A DNA stretch of 64,000 nt from Octopus sinensis (lineage: Eukaryota). A program made the translations under genes and the position numbers. The DNA lies in NCBI RefSeq assembly GCF_006345805.1, contig NC_042997.1, forward strand, positions 107,818,001-107,882,000, given 5' to 3'. The notes beneath the pieces are model-generated. The model was given only the letters and a program-made list of their open reading frames with translations. It searched no databases and had not been told where the DNA came from. This document shows positions 11,112 through 24,559 of this stretch, piece by piece. Each line of letters opens with the position of its first letter. The first letter of the stretch is position 1.

Positions 11112-11369
11112 TCAAATTAAATCAGAAAATGGAGCTGTCCCTTTTTTGTTTCACCTAACTGTCTGGATGTTTTGCGTTCTTGTCCCATTTTGTTTTTTTT
11201 ATATATAAAAACATATAGCGGCGTACATACATTTTTGTCTCTCTCTCTCTCTCTCTCTCATATATTGTTACTTATATGTATATATTACCTAGAAATGTGT
11301 ATCTCCTTTGCGTGTGCGTACGTATGTATGTATGTGTGTGTATTATATATATATATATATATATATATT

Positions 11370-11760
11370 TCCCATGTGGAAAATATTCCACCAATATTAT
11401 CCAAATGGTATCGGCATCATGTTTACGATTCACCCAAGACTAGGCCCCCACCCCGTGCAATGCGTCCTCTACAAAGAACATCGCGACACAATTTATTCAC
11501 TGCAAATGGTCCTGCACTTTTCAATGTTATCCCAAAAGAAATTAAAGCAGAAAAATAACCCACAACTTTCAAACGGTACTAGGACAAATTCCTTCAGGAA
11601 ATACCGGATAAACCACCTACACCTGGATACGTGTCAACCAACAACAACTCTCTGCTCGAGTGGTCCATGGTGTCACGAAATAATTAACTAAAAGACTTTT
11701 CCAGGTGGTGCTATTGAGTTAGTCATGGCCAAGGGCGATAATGTCCGAAACCAATCTAAG
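11370..11760 (+). mobile_element. 3' fragment of a second CR1/L2-group LINE
   Basis: NGPALFNVIPKEIK...FLQEIPDKPPTPGY C-terminus, then tail ccaggtggtgctattgagttagtcatggcc. The same tail occurs reversed at 53245-53325. Confidence 0.75.
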
Positions 11761-11770
11761 TTATCTAATG

Positions 11771-11801
<31 letters not shown>

Positions 11802-11955
11802 GAATGAATTATCCTTTGTTTACCGTTAACATGCAAAATTCTATAAACAGTTACCAGGGTAGCAAAATTCAAGGGTTAATGTGCAGTAATTTGTGTAGTA
11901 TTTTGGCAGTCATCGTAATTGTTAAAATGCCTTGTTGTTGAGATAGTCTCTCTTT

Positions 11956-12038
11956 CTTTCCTGATGAGAAGAATGCATTTTACACCGTTTATTCCTTTGG
12001 AATAAAACTAACGTTGTCTTCTAAACTTATGTCGAAAG
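11956..12038 (+). ncRNA. Type I hammerhead ribozyme motif with G12U substitution (probably inactive)
   Basis: ctttc-CUGAUGA-gaaga...tcttc-UAAA-c-ttat-GUC-gaaag; stems I and II have 5 bp each. Confidence 0.6.
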
Positions 12039-12086
12039 TAAAAGAATTTTAATAACATCTTCGTTCAACTTCATTTATAATATATA

Positions 12087-12125
<39 letters not shown>

Positions 12126-12866
12126 TATATATACACACACAACATATATATATATATATACCTATAGATGTATGTATATTATGTACACTGCGTATACATA
12201 ATAAGATTGAAGTCCTGTTTGTCTATGATTATTTTATACTTCATCTATTTTCATATTAATTCATTCAATTTCTTAAGCTAATTATTAAAATAATCATTGG
12301 TTTATTCTCTCAATCATACGATACTATTTTTACTGTAACTCAATATCTAACATTTTTTTTACTAATTATTACCATTCTACAACCTATTACCCCTTAGCCA
12401 AGGTTTATACCAATATCAGTAATTAAATGAAATCCTGTCTGTTGAGATGTTTTCGAAGAATAACATGTTAATAACATAACGACGTCTTTTTTTTTTACTT
12501 TTATTTACTCCTCTGATGAGATTTTGCCCCCACCCAATGAGCAGCAGCAGCAGCAACAACAATTCAGAAAAATGTTCAATGGAAGAATGTCTTGTTCAAA
12601 TAGAGAAAAGAGCCCCTTCACCGATTTACTGGATTTCTTCATTGGTATTTCGTTAATTGATGTCGTTAATGAGACTTCTACCCTTTATTAACTTACAGGA
12701 TCCTATCATATCTTAAAGATATTGCATTAATTATGCCATCGAACAACAATAAGCACAACATCTCAGATTAAACAGTTCATATAGCAGGTCATAGGGGTCA
12801 AACAAACAGCGACCGGTCTTTCAAGCCTCATTAAAATTTAGTTGCATTTCAAGAATCGATACTCAC

Positions 12867-13021
12867 TCAAAATATGGCCATCGATCTCCTTCCGATATTA
12901 ATCTGGAAACTTCGCTCGTTCCTCCGGCGTTTTGTATACCAATCACAACGGTAACGATTAACGATGCAATCATCACAATAATCTGGAACACATCGGTCCA
13001 AATAACGGCGCGTAAACCACC
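12867..13021 (-). CDS. SLC5A8-like: SLC5 symporter exon (GGLRAVIWTD exon)
   Basis: 155-nt exon, tag|GGT GGT TTA ... TAT TTT GA|gtgagt. Encodes GGLRAVIWTDVFQIIVMIASLIVTVVIGIQNAGGTSEVSRLISEGDRWPYF(D), containing the SLC5 signature GGLxAVIWTDVFQ. Confidence 0.95.
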
Positions 13022-13157
13022 CTACAACAACAACAACAACAACAACAACAAAATGTTATAAACCGTTTTTTATTGTTTTTAGAGGTGTTAAAATAGAAGA
13101 TATGCTGCCAACGGGCAACGACGCAGCCATACACACACGCGCGCTCGCAACACACAC

Positions 13158-13746
13158 ACACACACACGCGCGCTCGCACACACACATATTTGTATATATC
13201 TATGTATACAAAAACAATTATATATGTATACACACCACTATGTATGTAGAAAATCATACACACACTGACACACAAACACACACACTTATAGATACGCATA
13301 TGCATAGGTATATACGTACGTACGTACATATGCGCACACAGACGAATGCACGCGCGCGCACACTCACACATATATGTAGAAACACACACATACATACATA
13401 TATATATATACATAGCTACTTACGTACGTGAATACGTATACATATGTACACACACCACCACACACACACACGCGCGCTCGCACACACACATATTGTATAT
13501 ATCTATGTATACAAAAACAATTATATATGTACACACCCACTATGATATGTAGAAAATCATACACACACTGACACACAAAACACCACACTTATATACGCAT
13601 ATGCATAGGTATATACGTACGTACGTACATATGCGCACACAGACGAATGCACGCGCGCGCACACTCACACATATATGTAGAAACACACACATACATACAT
13701 ATATATATATACATAGCTACTTACGTACGTGAATACGTATACATAT

Positions 13747-13755
<9 letters not shown>
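13158..13755. repeat. Tandem duplication of a roughly 300-bp microsatellite-rich unit
   Basis: Two near-identical copies (about 13158-13457 and 13459-13755) differing mainly by 1-2 nt indels. Confidence 0.85.
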
Positions 13756-13785
<30 letters not shown>

Positions 13786-14112
13786 TTATAAAGTCTCACG
13801 GCGGTTCAATCAAGGAAGTAGAAGCCCGGATGGAGTCTCCTGACGAGCCGTCTCATAATTTGATTACGCTCTTCAGAGAAAAATTCACGACCTCCTCTTC
13901 TATTCAACAACATAAATATATTGCTATATAAAGTTGTATATAAGTTTGTTCAGCGCAGTATACAAGCGTGGCCGATCATTGTATTATCAGATGCATGAAA
14001 CTTATAGAAGTTCGCACATAACTCCTGCGTATATTAAATGGTGCTTATCTTAATGGCGTACAGTTTTGCTGATCCACCAATAACGACAGTATCCAATATA
14101 TTATATAATATA

Positions 14113-14183
<71 letters not shown>

Positions 14184-14193
14184 TATATATATA

Positions 14194-14235
<42 letters not shown>

Positions 14236-14315
14236 GCAAATAAGTAAACAGGATGTCAAGGTATTAATGCAATACGGCCGTTTCAGGCAGCTCCATTAAT
14301 CGTGTGTGTGTACAC

Positions 14316-14396
<81 letters not shown>

Positions 14397-14691
14397 TTAT
14401 AAAATTTATTATTCTTTAACAAGAACAGTATTGACAACGACTGAGAAGCTTCGGCCTTCGAAGCCATCGTTAGACTTGCTTAGTTGGCCGAAGCTTCGAA
14501 GTCACAGTAAATACTACCATTTTTCAAGAATACTAAATTTTTACTCTACAAAAGTATCGAGTAATCTTTCACTTCAATGTAAAATTCTTTTTTAAAAAAA
14601 CATACTTTGATATGTATGCATACTTACATATATACTTACATATATACTTACATATATACATGCATACATACATACATACACGCACATATAC

Positions 14692-14755
<64 letters not shown>

Positions 14756-14905
14756 TATATGGTAGCTATTCCCATACATAACATAAATACATACACACAT
14801 ATATTTAAACTAAATTCCGTTCTTGTATCTCGAGTTTAACGTAACATCGATCATCAGTTAAAAATGCCCCTCACGCAGCACCATCTTTGTGTAGTAGCAG
14901 TAGTG

Positions 14906-14985
<80 letters not shown>

Positions 14986-15445
14986 TACAGTGAAGTGAAT
15001 GTCATTTGTGGCTGTATATTTAATATTAGATGCAATCAAATTGTCTGGAAGCTGTCATGATGCTTTGATGACTGAAACGGTAGAATGATTGACACTATCG
15101 TATTAAAGCGAGTACCTTGACGTTCAAATCCCATCTCAGTCCACTTTCATATTTCTAGGAGCGATAAAATCTGTACCAATTTTGTATTGAGGTTGACTTA
15201 AATGGTTGTATTTTCCCCTCAGTGCCAGATCCTGCACCAGTGTTAGATATCAATGCCATGTTCTTTTTTTGTTGGGGTGCATTAAAAATTTTATAAATCA
15301 ATAATCAATAAGCAACAATAAAAATAAAAAAGAATTAATAAAAGAACAAAGATAAAAAGGAACAAAATGCATAAAAGAAAGAAAAGAAATAGAAGCGAAT
15401 TTGCTTGATCAGTGTTTCCATGGAAACTTGTTTAATGGTACTTAC

Positions 15446-15513
15446 AATGGCTGTGTATAATGTGCAGATAATTCCTGCCAAGGCGATAGCAACAGACGTA
15501 GGTATCCCGGTTG
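15446..15513 (-). CDS. SLC5A8-like: SLC5 sodium:solute symporter (SMCT/NIS/SMVT subfamily), internal exon equivalent to vertebrate exon 4
   Basis: 68-nt exon, tag|CA ACC GGG ... GCC ATT|gtaagt. Encodes (x)TGIPTSVAIALAGIICTLYTAI, matching the family motif VTG...GIVCTFYT(A/T)L. Phase-0 end joins GGLRAV of the next exon. Confidence 0.88.
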
Positions 15514-16029
15514 CTAGGGTAACAACAAAAAATGGAATACAATAGAAATAATTTCGAAATAAATAAAATACAAATATAAAGGAAAACAGTTTTATGTTTC
15601 AAAGAAAAAGAAAGAAAAAAAAGGAAACGATTGGGTTAAACTTGGCGCCAAACCTTGGAAAATTAACAGTAGTAGCAGCAGCAGCAGCAGCAGTGAACGA
15701 GGGAGTCTCTACGGAGTCACCCGACTCGCTAGAAACAGAAGTTAGTTCTCCCTTAAACTCTGCCCCGCGAATGTCTTAAATAAATAAATGATCAATATTG
15801 TTTGATATACAGAAAGACAGGATGGTCTCGGCTGGAAACCTTTGAGAAGGACTGATGCAGGACTTAACAGCAGCAGCAGCAGCGATATACTGTTGTCAAT
15901 GACAACAAAATCAACAATTATAATTGTACAATACAGAAAAACAGCAAAGACAACAGCACTAACAACATAAACAGCAAACAGGATTTCGTGATGTTCATGC
16001 ATTATGTGAAATGGTTAGTGTAGCAATTC

Positions 16030-18430
16030 TATGATGGCTGTAAACGGACAACATGGGTCCAAACCGCTGGGAAATTGTTCTTTTCCCACAGTATTATGGG
16101 ATTTAAAGAGGGAGTGGGTTGGCCGTATATATTTTTAGTAGTTAGGATGAGAGGAAAACACGAAGTGTGGAGAGAAATGGAGCCGATAGTGTAAGGTGTT
16201 CAGTGCACCGGTCTCGAATGCCTGGCAGTTTTTAACAACTTTTACTTCTTCACAGATGCAACAGACCGATTAATGATTGAAGAACTTTCCCATTAAATCT
16301 AAATCAGTTTTATTAAAAACATTTGAAAAGAAAAAGAAATAATTACAAACACTTGTTTCATAAAGTTAAAAACAAATCAAAACTAGATATAATGATGAGA
16401 CATATGTAGAGGATGCAAAATAACAAGATTGGAAACAAAAAGAGAAATAAAATTGGGAGGAAAATAGTGAGAAGAACAAATGATAGAATGAAAGAATAAA
16501 GAAAAATTATTGCAGCATGCGATGGCAAAATTCCAATGAATTCGAAAGTTGTAAGCTAAAAATAGTTTGAATGAAAAGTTATTTAGTGGATAAAAAAAGT
16601 ATGGAAGAAGAATTAAAAGAAATTACAAATGGAAAAAATAATGAAAAAATTTAGCAGACACCGGAACAAAAATTCCCAGAAAGATCAGAATTGGCTAAAT
16701 TAACATAAAAAAGGGTTGTTATATCGGCGGGACCCTCTGCTTGGTACAATTATGAACACACTCATTATCCAGTGTGGTTTTCTTTCGTTTGCAGTAGTGT
16801 GTGATTTTGAGGAGACTAGGTTGTTATATATAACAAGGTCTAGTAAAGGCAAATGTCTAAAATGTTCCAATAATTTCGAATAATGTGAAAAAGGGAGATC
16901 GATCTTAACAGGAAAATAACTAGAAGCAATTGTTTTTGGTGGGTGTTGATGCTGGTGGATAGAATGAAATACTTGTGCACTACTAGAAGTTAGTGGGGTA
17001 TCTGGGCTGCATCAAGGTAGATTATGGAAGGCGAACCTCACTTTATGTTATCTGGAACCATCGAAGATGTCCATTACGTGTGGTCGTAAGATAAATAAAA
17101 ATTGATATAGATGGACGAAGGGGCGACATGAAGGAAGAACATTATCAGTGACGGTAGGATGATAAAAGTTGATACAAGTGGTTAAAGGAACAACAGAGGG
17201 TTGTCACTCAACGTCTGCTGACAAATGAGACAATCTATATTCCAAATAAAATCTTCCAAGGGGAAGTTTATAATTTATATGAGATATTGGTTCTAATGAT
17301 GCAGAAATAATTATTAATCCCCAAAAGATTAATATGGATGATAGAAACGAGGCTTGGAAACCTAATTCCAAATGTTGCAAAGTTTGTCTAAGGAAAACAA
17401 AAAACCAAAAAGACAAAACATGCAATATATATGTAACAAAACCCTCATGAACCAAAAACCCTTAAACAAGTATTTTGAACCTCTATGAAGGACAATCACG
17501 CAATATCAATAAATGGTATGGTATATACAACGAAAGTACCTTAAACCAAGAAACTAAGAACTCCAAAACAAGTTCATTAGTATAAGAACTAGAATTTCAA
17601 TGAAAGGTAACTTAGAACCGTGATAACACAAAATATAAGCACATGACACCTATACACCCTATCAGCTACCTAACGGATATCATAACGGTTTTGACACCTG
17701 GTCAGTACCATTATATCCAGCGGTGTCAACAGCGTTGGAAAACATAAACACTGCCTAGAATTAACGAACCAAAAGCAAAGGCGAAACAGTGCAATAAATC
17801 CAGACGTTTCTAACTGTTCCTTGTTACAAATACAAGCATAACATCTTAAACATAAATCTTACCTTTAGCTATGAAGCACAGAAAAAATATAAAAAAACAG
17901 AAATTTAATCAAAATGGATATTGCCAGCCCAAGAACTGTAGAACTTAAAACCCATAAAACACTAAAACGAACTAGCGAACTAAAACTATTGAACTGAATT
18001 TAGTGAACATAATCAAAAACACACGTTGCCGATACATAGAACGGAAAAAAAATTATAATCATAGACATAACCAATCTAGAACTGTAAACATATAGATTAG
18101 TTAAAGAACATTAACCAATAAAGATTGGTTGCCAACAATCCATAACGCGAAACAATAAAACGCAAACCAAACATAAACTGATACAATAACATAACACACA
18201 CACGTGTGTGTGTGGAGACTGAATTCAAACCACGAAAGACGGAGGGGATGGCCTTGAAGTAGACGATTTTAAACTAATGGAGACAACACACGCATATCGC
18301 CTGAGGAAGCACAACTAGATCTCATTATGCAAACAAATAGTTATATAATCAAATACCTGTATTCTTGGAGAACTATGTTGCGTTGAAACAACTGTAGCGA
18401 TTAAAAATAACTGTCCAACCATACTCCTTG
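16030..18430 (-). mobile_element. Highly decayed Penelope-like element
   Basis: Minus-strand remnants resemble PLE RT (NNFSF-like) and GIY-YIG regions. A hammerhead-bearing terminus (plus strand) ends in (TA)n at about 18430. Confidence 0.45.
18296..18401 (+). ncRNA. Type I hammerhead ribozyme motif, canonical core, long loop II
   Basis: atcgc-CUGAGGA-agcacaac...gttgcgtt-GAAA-c-aact-GUA-gcgat. Confidence 0.65.
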
Positions 18431-18447
18431 TTGACTCCAATTCCTTC

Positions 18448-18491
<44 letters not shown>

Positions 18492-18739
18492 GGGAAAAGA
18501 ACAACAAAAACCAAAGCAGGACAGTTATCTCAAGTCATTTAGAATATTTAATTAGGGTAAGGTGAATTTGAAGTCTTACAGCTGTTTCAGGGATATCCCA
18601 AAAGATAGGCTACCATGTCCGTACACTGGATATTCCGTCATCCAGTGGGTATGTATGAAAGTTCTAGGAAGGGAAATATATATAAGTGGAGAACCTCATG
18701 AGAAGTTCTAAGGCTTCCATGAAAATTATAAGAAAAATC

Positions 18740-18880
18740 TCCAACTGACTTATGGCAGTGAAACATGAGCTCTCAGCACTGCCATCATGAACTGCCTGAT
18801 TGTAGGTCAACTGAAAATGGAACAAACGATGCTCGGCATCACATTGCAGGACAAGAAAACCAACAACACACGAAAGTCAA
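18740..18880 (+). mobile_element. RTE LINE C-terminal fragment
   Basis: TYGSET...QLKMEQTMLGITLQDK matches the RTE RT C-terminus. Confidence 0.55.
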
Positions 18881-18883
18881 CGT

Positions 18884-18921
<38 letters not shown>

Positions 18922-19712
18922 TAATTATATATATATGTGTGGGTGTGTGTGCGCGTGTGTGTATGTGTATGTGTGTGCGTGTTTGTGTATGTATTTATGT
19001 ATATATTATTGACAGTGACCCCTTATGCAACAAAAACATTTAAAAACAACCCAAGTTTGCACGATAAGTTCTGACTTTGGGCTAAAAGACTCCAACAGTT
19101 TTAAGAGTCACCACCAACTCCAAAGTAGTTTCTTATTTCTTCAAGAGACCAATTCTTGGCTAGGAAGTTGGTTTTTGGACAAGGGGACCTACAATTGACA
19201 CATTACATGAAGACAACTCAGTTTTGGAGGGCTTTCGAAGGTCATGACTACAATGTCTCCCTCAAGACCAAACGGAATAAGAAACGAACGACAGATCACT
19301 GCTTTGAATGGAAACCAGTTATATATATATTGTTTATAGTAGTGAATCACATCAATACACGACGTTTTAAGCTGGGTCTGGACTGGACCAGCAAAAATGA
19401 AGTTATATGCCTCGGAACACAGCGTCTCTCGTTGTATAAAACATGTTATCCTCTAAACTAATGAGCTTAATGGTCTAATCACAAATTTCCGATTCTCAAC
19501 TCATTATCAGCAGTTAGGCTTTATCATTAACCTGGTTGTGATGACAGCTAATTTATCACTGACTTTTGGGATGGGCGGGAGAATCACACAATCCATTAGG
19601 ATTTAAATTGATTATCGCGATGACTTAAGTTTTGTTAACAGGAAAGATAAACAGATACGAAAGCAAATAGATGTGTGTGTGTGTGGGTGTTCGATATATA
19701 TATATATATATC

Positions 19713-19751
<39 letters not shown>

Positions 19752-19776
19752 AATATATATATATACTATATATATA

Positions 19777-21042
19777 CGAGGGGCGTTCAATAAGTAATGC
19801 CCCTGACCCACTTCCCATAGCAGTAGAGCAACGAAACTTGGCACAGTTATTAGTCTTTTTCTACATAGGAACCACCCAGAGTTACGCATTTCTCCCATTG
19901 TTTGATGCAGCTCTGGAGACCGTTTTTGTAGAAGACCCCAGCTTGGTCCTCCAACCTGAACGTGACTTCAGAAATCAAGGCTGCATCATCTGGGAAACGC
20001 TTTCCTTTCAAAAACAACTTCATGACTGGGAAGAGGTGAAAATCAGAGGGTGCAAGGTCAGGAAAGTAGGGGAATGGGGGAGGAGTTCATAGCCATACGC
20101 CTGTGCTTCTGATCTGGCGACAAGCGAGTTGTGGACCGGAGCGTTGTCCTGCAGGAGGAGGATGTCTTTGCTGATCTTGCCCCGCCTCTTGATTTTGATA
20201 ACTTCTCTTAATTTCCTCAAAAGTGCAATTGTGGTACCCTTTGCCACGAAATCTGTCATCACTACTCCGTCCTGGTCCCAGAAGACTGTGAGCATGACCT
20301 TGCCAGCGGAGGGCTGCACCCTTGCCTTCTTTGGAGGGGGGTGCTTCCACTGCATTGACTGGGCTTTAGTCTCTGGATCATCGTGATGGACCCAGGTTTC
20401 ATCCTGTGTAATCAGTCTTTTGAAAAATTTTGACTCATCTTCTTGGCACATCTCCAAATTCACCCTCGAGCACTCGACGCGTTCTTGCTTCTGGAAAGGC
20501 GTGAGCAACAACCTGGGAATCCATCTGGCAGACACCTTTTGCATATGCAAATGGTCATGAATGATAGTTTCCACAGACCCGGTACTAATCTTGACCTCAT
20601 GGGCTATTTGGCGAATAATTATGCGTCGATCTTCCAAAATGGCAGCCTCAACTTGACAGACAGATGCCTCATCAATGGCAGAAGGGGCGACCAGATCTGG
20701 GAGCTGTTTCCACAGAGTTCCGACCATGTTTGAATTCACGATGCCAGCGTTTTACAAGGTTATATGATGGGGCATCATCACCATAAGTTACTTTCGTTTC
20801 ATCAAAAGTCTCCCGTGGTGTGCGTCCTTTCAAATACAAAAACCGGATCACTGCTCGACACTCAACATGCTCCATTTCACACTTGACTCGGTTCAAACAC
20901 CTGTAAATCAGAAACCACAATTAATTCAGAGCTGTAATTTGCCACTTACTCTATAGAGATATAAATGATTGCACATGCAAAATTTCAGCTAGATCAAACA
21001 ACTGCAAGTGGGTCAGAGGCATTACTTATTGAACGTCCCTCG
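19777..21042 (-). mobile_element. Mariner (DD34D) transposon, full length (1266 bp), frameshifted transposase
   Basis: 33-bp TIRs cgagg[g]gcgttcaataagtaatgcc[c/t]ctgaccc with TA flanks. Transposase motifs RSGRP, WIPRLL, ITQDETWVH, LLQDNAPVH, LPHSP. Confidence 0.95.
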
Positions 21043-21049
21043 TACATAT

Positions 21050-22800
21050 ATATATATATATATTTATATATAGGGAGAATTCGCAAAAGAAAAACAACAA
21101 AAGACGAAGACAGGTGGTGTAGACAACAAACAGATGTATTAGTATAACGCTCGGGAAATGAAAAAGTTTTTAACGTTTCGAGCCTACGCTCTTCCACAGA
21201 AAGGAACACAGAAAGAAACAAGGAGAGAAAATAAACTGTGTAGTGGCTAGCGATTTATCATGGTGAATGCCGAACATAAGGGTCACACAGAAGAGCTAGG
21301 AAGAAGGGGAGATAATAAAGTAGTGGTGATCTCCAAACGAAGGTAAGCGTGTGTGTGTATAAGAGTATGTATGTGCGTGTGGATGAGGACTGTTCACCTT
21401 GACGTGTGCGTGTGTGTATGTGTTGGTGTGTTGATGTGGGGCTGGGAAGTGGTCAGTGCTAGTGTGTGATTGGTGGTGTGATGTGATGTGGTGTTGTGTG
21501 GTATGGTGGTGTATGGTGTAGTGGTTTGTGGTGGGGTGTGATGGTGTTGGGAGGGTGGCGAGCTGGCAGAAACGTAAGCGCGACGGGCGAAATGCTTAGC
21601 GGTATTTCGTCTGCCGTTACGTTGTGAGTTCAAATTCCGCCGAGGTCGACTTTGCTTTTCATCCTTTCGGGGTCGATAAATTAAGTACCAGTTACGCACT
21701 GGGGTCGACGTAATCGACTTAATCCCTTTGTCTGTCCTTGTTTGTCCCCTCTGCGTTTAGCTCCTTGTGGGTAATAAAGAAATAGGTGTTGGGAGGTGGG
21801 AGAGGCGAGAGTGGGGAAATCAAGGGTGGGGTGAGGGTTAGGCTGAGGGTGGTGGTAGAGGTGGGATATGTGGGAGTGGATGTAAGGGATGGGGTGGAGT
21901 GGGATGGATAGGGAAGGTGGGGTTGGATTGTGTAGGGGTGGGGTGGGATTACGAGAGAGGGGTGACGATGAAGGGGAAGGGAGAAGATGGGTAGGAGTTA
22001 AGAGAAGTAGGAGTCGGAGCAAGAGAGGAGAGGTGGGTGGGAGGAAGTAGGTATGAGGGGGAGAGAGGTTAGATATAGAGAGGAGGAGAGTTGAGCCCAT
22101 GTGGCACAAAGGAGCGAAGAGAGAAGATTAATCCCTGTTCACGGTGCAAACGGGAGTCCGGATGACCCCTGTGCAAGGACAATCCGAACACAGAGTTTAG
22201 AGGGGCCAGGAGGGAAGGAGAAAGAGTTGAACAAACGAAGCGTGTGGTTGGTGTCATGGATGTGAAAGGGGGGGGACCACTTGGGGGGCAAGGACAAGGT
22301 CAAGATACCTGGAGATGAGTTCGGTGGGGCAGTTGCAGGCGGAGACGAGGTGCGGCCAGTGTTGTTAGTTTTGTGGATTTTGGGGAGGAAGTAAATAGTA
22401 GGGGTGCGTGGGGTTCGGACAATGAGGTTGGAGGCGGTGGGGGGCAGACGGGAGGAGGAGATGAGGTCATGGATAGTGGAGGACACCGTCTGTTGGTAGC
22501 TGGGCGTGGGGTTGGAGGGCAGAGGGCAATAGAAGGAGGTGTCTTGGAGTTCGTGGAGAGCTTCTCCCTTGTAGAGGTCCACGCCCCACACCACCACGGC
22601 TCCACTCTTGTCGGCCGGTTTTATGATGTCAGTGCGGCGTCGGAGATATCGAAGGGCCGAGAGTTCGGCTGGGGAGATGTTCAGATGACGGGGACGCCTG
22701 GAAAAGTTAAACCGGTCCACAGCGCGCTGGCAGGCGCCCGCAAAAAGATGGACTGCTTGGAATCGGCCAGGAGCTGGCGTCCACAGAGATGGTCGAGAGA
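21050..22800 (-). mobile_element. Internally deleted Penelope-like element with a nested SINE (21557-21785, +)
   Basis: RT N-terminus IKPADKSGAVVVW...IYFLPKIHK is joined directly to the GIY-YIG C-terminus EQGLIFSLRSFVPHGLN. A pLTR-like end with gagcgtaggctcgaaacg lies at 21168-21204. Confidence 0.85.
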
Positions 22801-22827
22801 GATGGAGAGTATGTGTGCGTGTGTTCG

Positions 22828-22890
<63 letters not shown>

Positions 22891-22959
22891 GAGAGATGGA
22901 GAGTATGTGTGTGTGTGTGTGTGTTTGTATGCATATGGTGGTGGTAGTGGTGGTGGCTC

Positions 22960-23245
22960 TCTGTCGTTCGACGATGAGTATTTAGTTGTTAGAATTACCT
23001 GCCCTTGAATTAACGAGTAAGTGGGCGAGTATTCCACAAACATGCTTACATAATTCTTACCACAGTTCTCATGTAGAATCAGCGTGGCACATTGTGTGAC
23101 AAGGCTGCACCTTTCTGAATCACAGATACAATCCTGTTCGACAGTTTTTGATATTTGTCCAAGATTCCCTGTAGTAGGGACGAACACAAGACCTCCTGTT
23201 TGCGAAGCGAACTTCTCTACCATTTGGCCATTATACGCCTGTGTG
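22960..23245 (-). mobile_element. Old tRNA-derived SINE
   Basis: Minus-strand head caggcgtataatggccaaatggtagagaagttcgcttc...gttcgtccc, followed by a diverged body. Confidence 0.55.
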
Positions 23246-23969
23246 TGAGTTTTATCTTTTACTTGTTTCAGTCGAATCTAATTTTTAGTCGAATCAGTCG
23301 ACCGTAGTATTTGTTTTTGTTTTACAAGCTTGGTACTTATTCTATCGGTATCTTTGTAGGGCTAGTGTTGCTTTCAAGTTCTACGTTCTAATTTATAGTA
23401 GAATTAGAAGGTGTTGCCGAAAACAGGCAATTATCAAACAATGAAATAAGATCATAGAAATGGAAAATCTGAATTAATTTATCATTTTCATTCATCACCA
23501 AATTCACACACCAAAACAATAGGTGGTTTCGGTGGTTGCAGGGTGTATAATTAAAATGTCATTGAATGCATCGTAGATTTACCAGGCAAAAGGATTTCAC
23601 CACAGTCATCGACTTTTACTCCCTCACACCCATGTGTACGCACAACAGATACACAGGTAAATGTTCACGCGTATACTCAAACCACACTGCATATAAATAT
23701 CCATAGCGTCGGTCAGTCGCACTTGGCAATCCAGTAATGGAAAAATATGGCGACTCTTCTCTGTTAGTAGAGTTAAGAAACTGTCTCAATTTGGTTTGTT
23801 GGTGGTGTGCAAAAAACAACAAAAACAAAACAAAACAAAACAAAAGACAAACAAACAAACAAACAAAAGAACGAAAAACACTCAAGCACTGGGGATGATG
23901 TATCTTTTACCGGGGACATAAACGCACACCAACACTGGTTGTCTGGTGGTGGGGAATACACACAGACAC

Positions 23970-24000
<31 letters not shown>

Positions 24001-24009
24001 CACACACAC

Positions 24010-24140
24010 ATCTTTTCTGTGTTCCTTTCTGTCGAAGAGCGTAGGCTCGAAACGTAAAAGATTTTCTCCCTTCCAGAGCTTTAAACTAATACATGTTTGT
24101 TGTTTACACACACGTCTTCGTCTTTTGTTTTTTTTTTGTA
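24010..24140 (+). mobile_element. Penelope pLTR-like fragment with a minimal hammerhead-like motif
   Basis: Reverse complement of 21070-21230. Contains cttt-CUGUCGA-a-gagc-gtag-gctc-GAAA-cGUA-aaag. Confidence 0.7.
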
Positions 24141-24264
24141 CGAAAAGAATAATTTGCGAAGATACCATTGACACTGTTATTATCTAGTGAAACAATTTTA
24201 AAATGATAATAATAGAATCAATAATATAAGCAATTGCGGGCCCCCAAAAGGTACGAAATCCTTC

Positions 24265-24300
<36 letters not shown>

Positions 24301-24301
24301 C

Positions 24302-24452
<151 letters not shown>

Positions 24453-24559
24453 GTTAGCGTAGTGAGGAAAGGCAAACAATTAGTCATGGCAGAACAAGAA
24501 CGTTTGATTTCACTTAATTCAATTTAAAAAAAATTTGCTACATAACGAATGGTAAAAAT

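Noticed and set aside
13790-14860. Partial hammerhead cores (13840, 13870, 14280, 14850)
   Set aside because: Each lacks at least half of the required structure and chance occurrence is plausible.
15742-16002. Hydrophobic minus-strand ORF as a candidate upstream SLC5 exon
   Set aside because: No SLC5 motif and no exon of compatible phase and size.
21790-22100. G-rich tract with G-quadruplex potential
   Set aside because: It is part of the Penelope-like element's low-complexity region, with no independent evidence of function.
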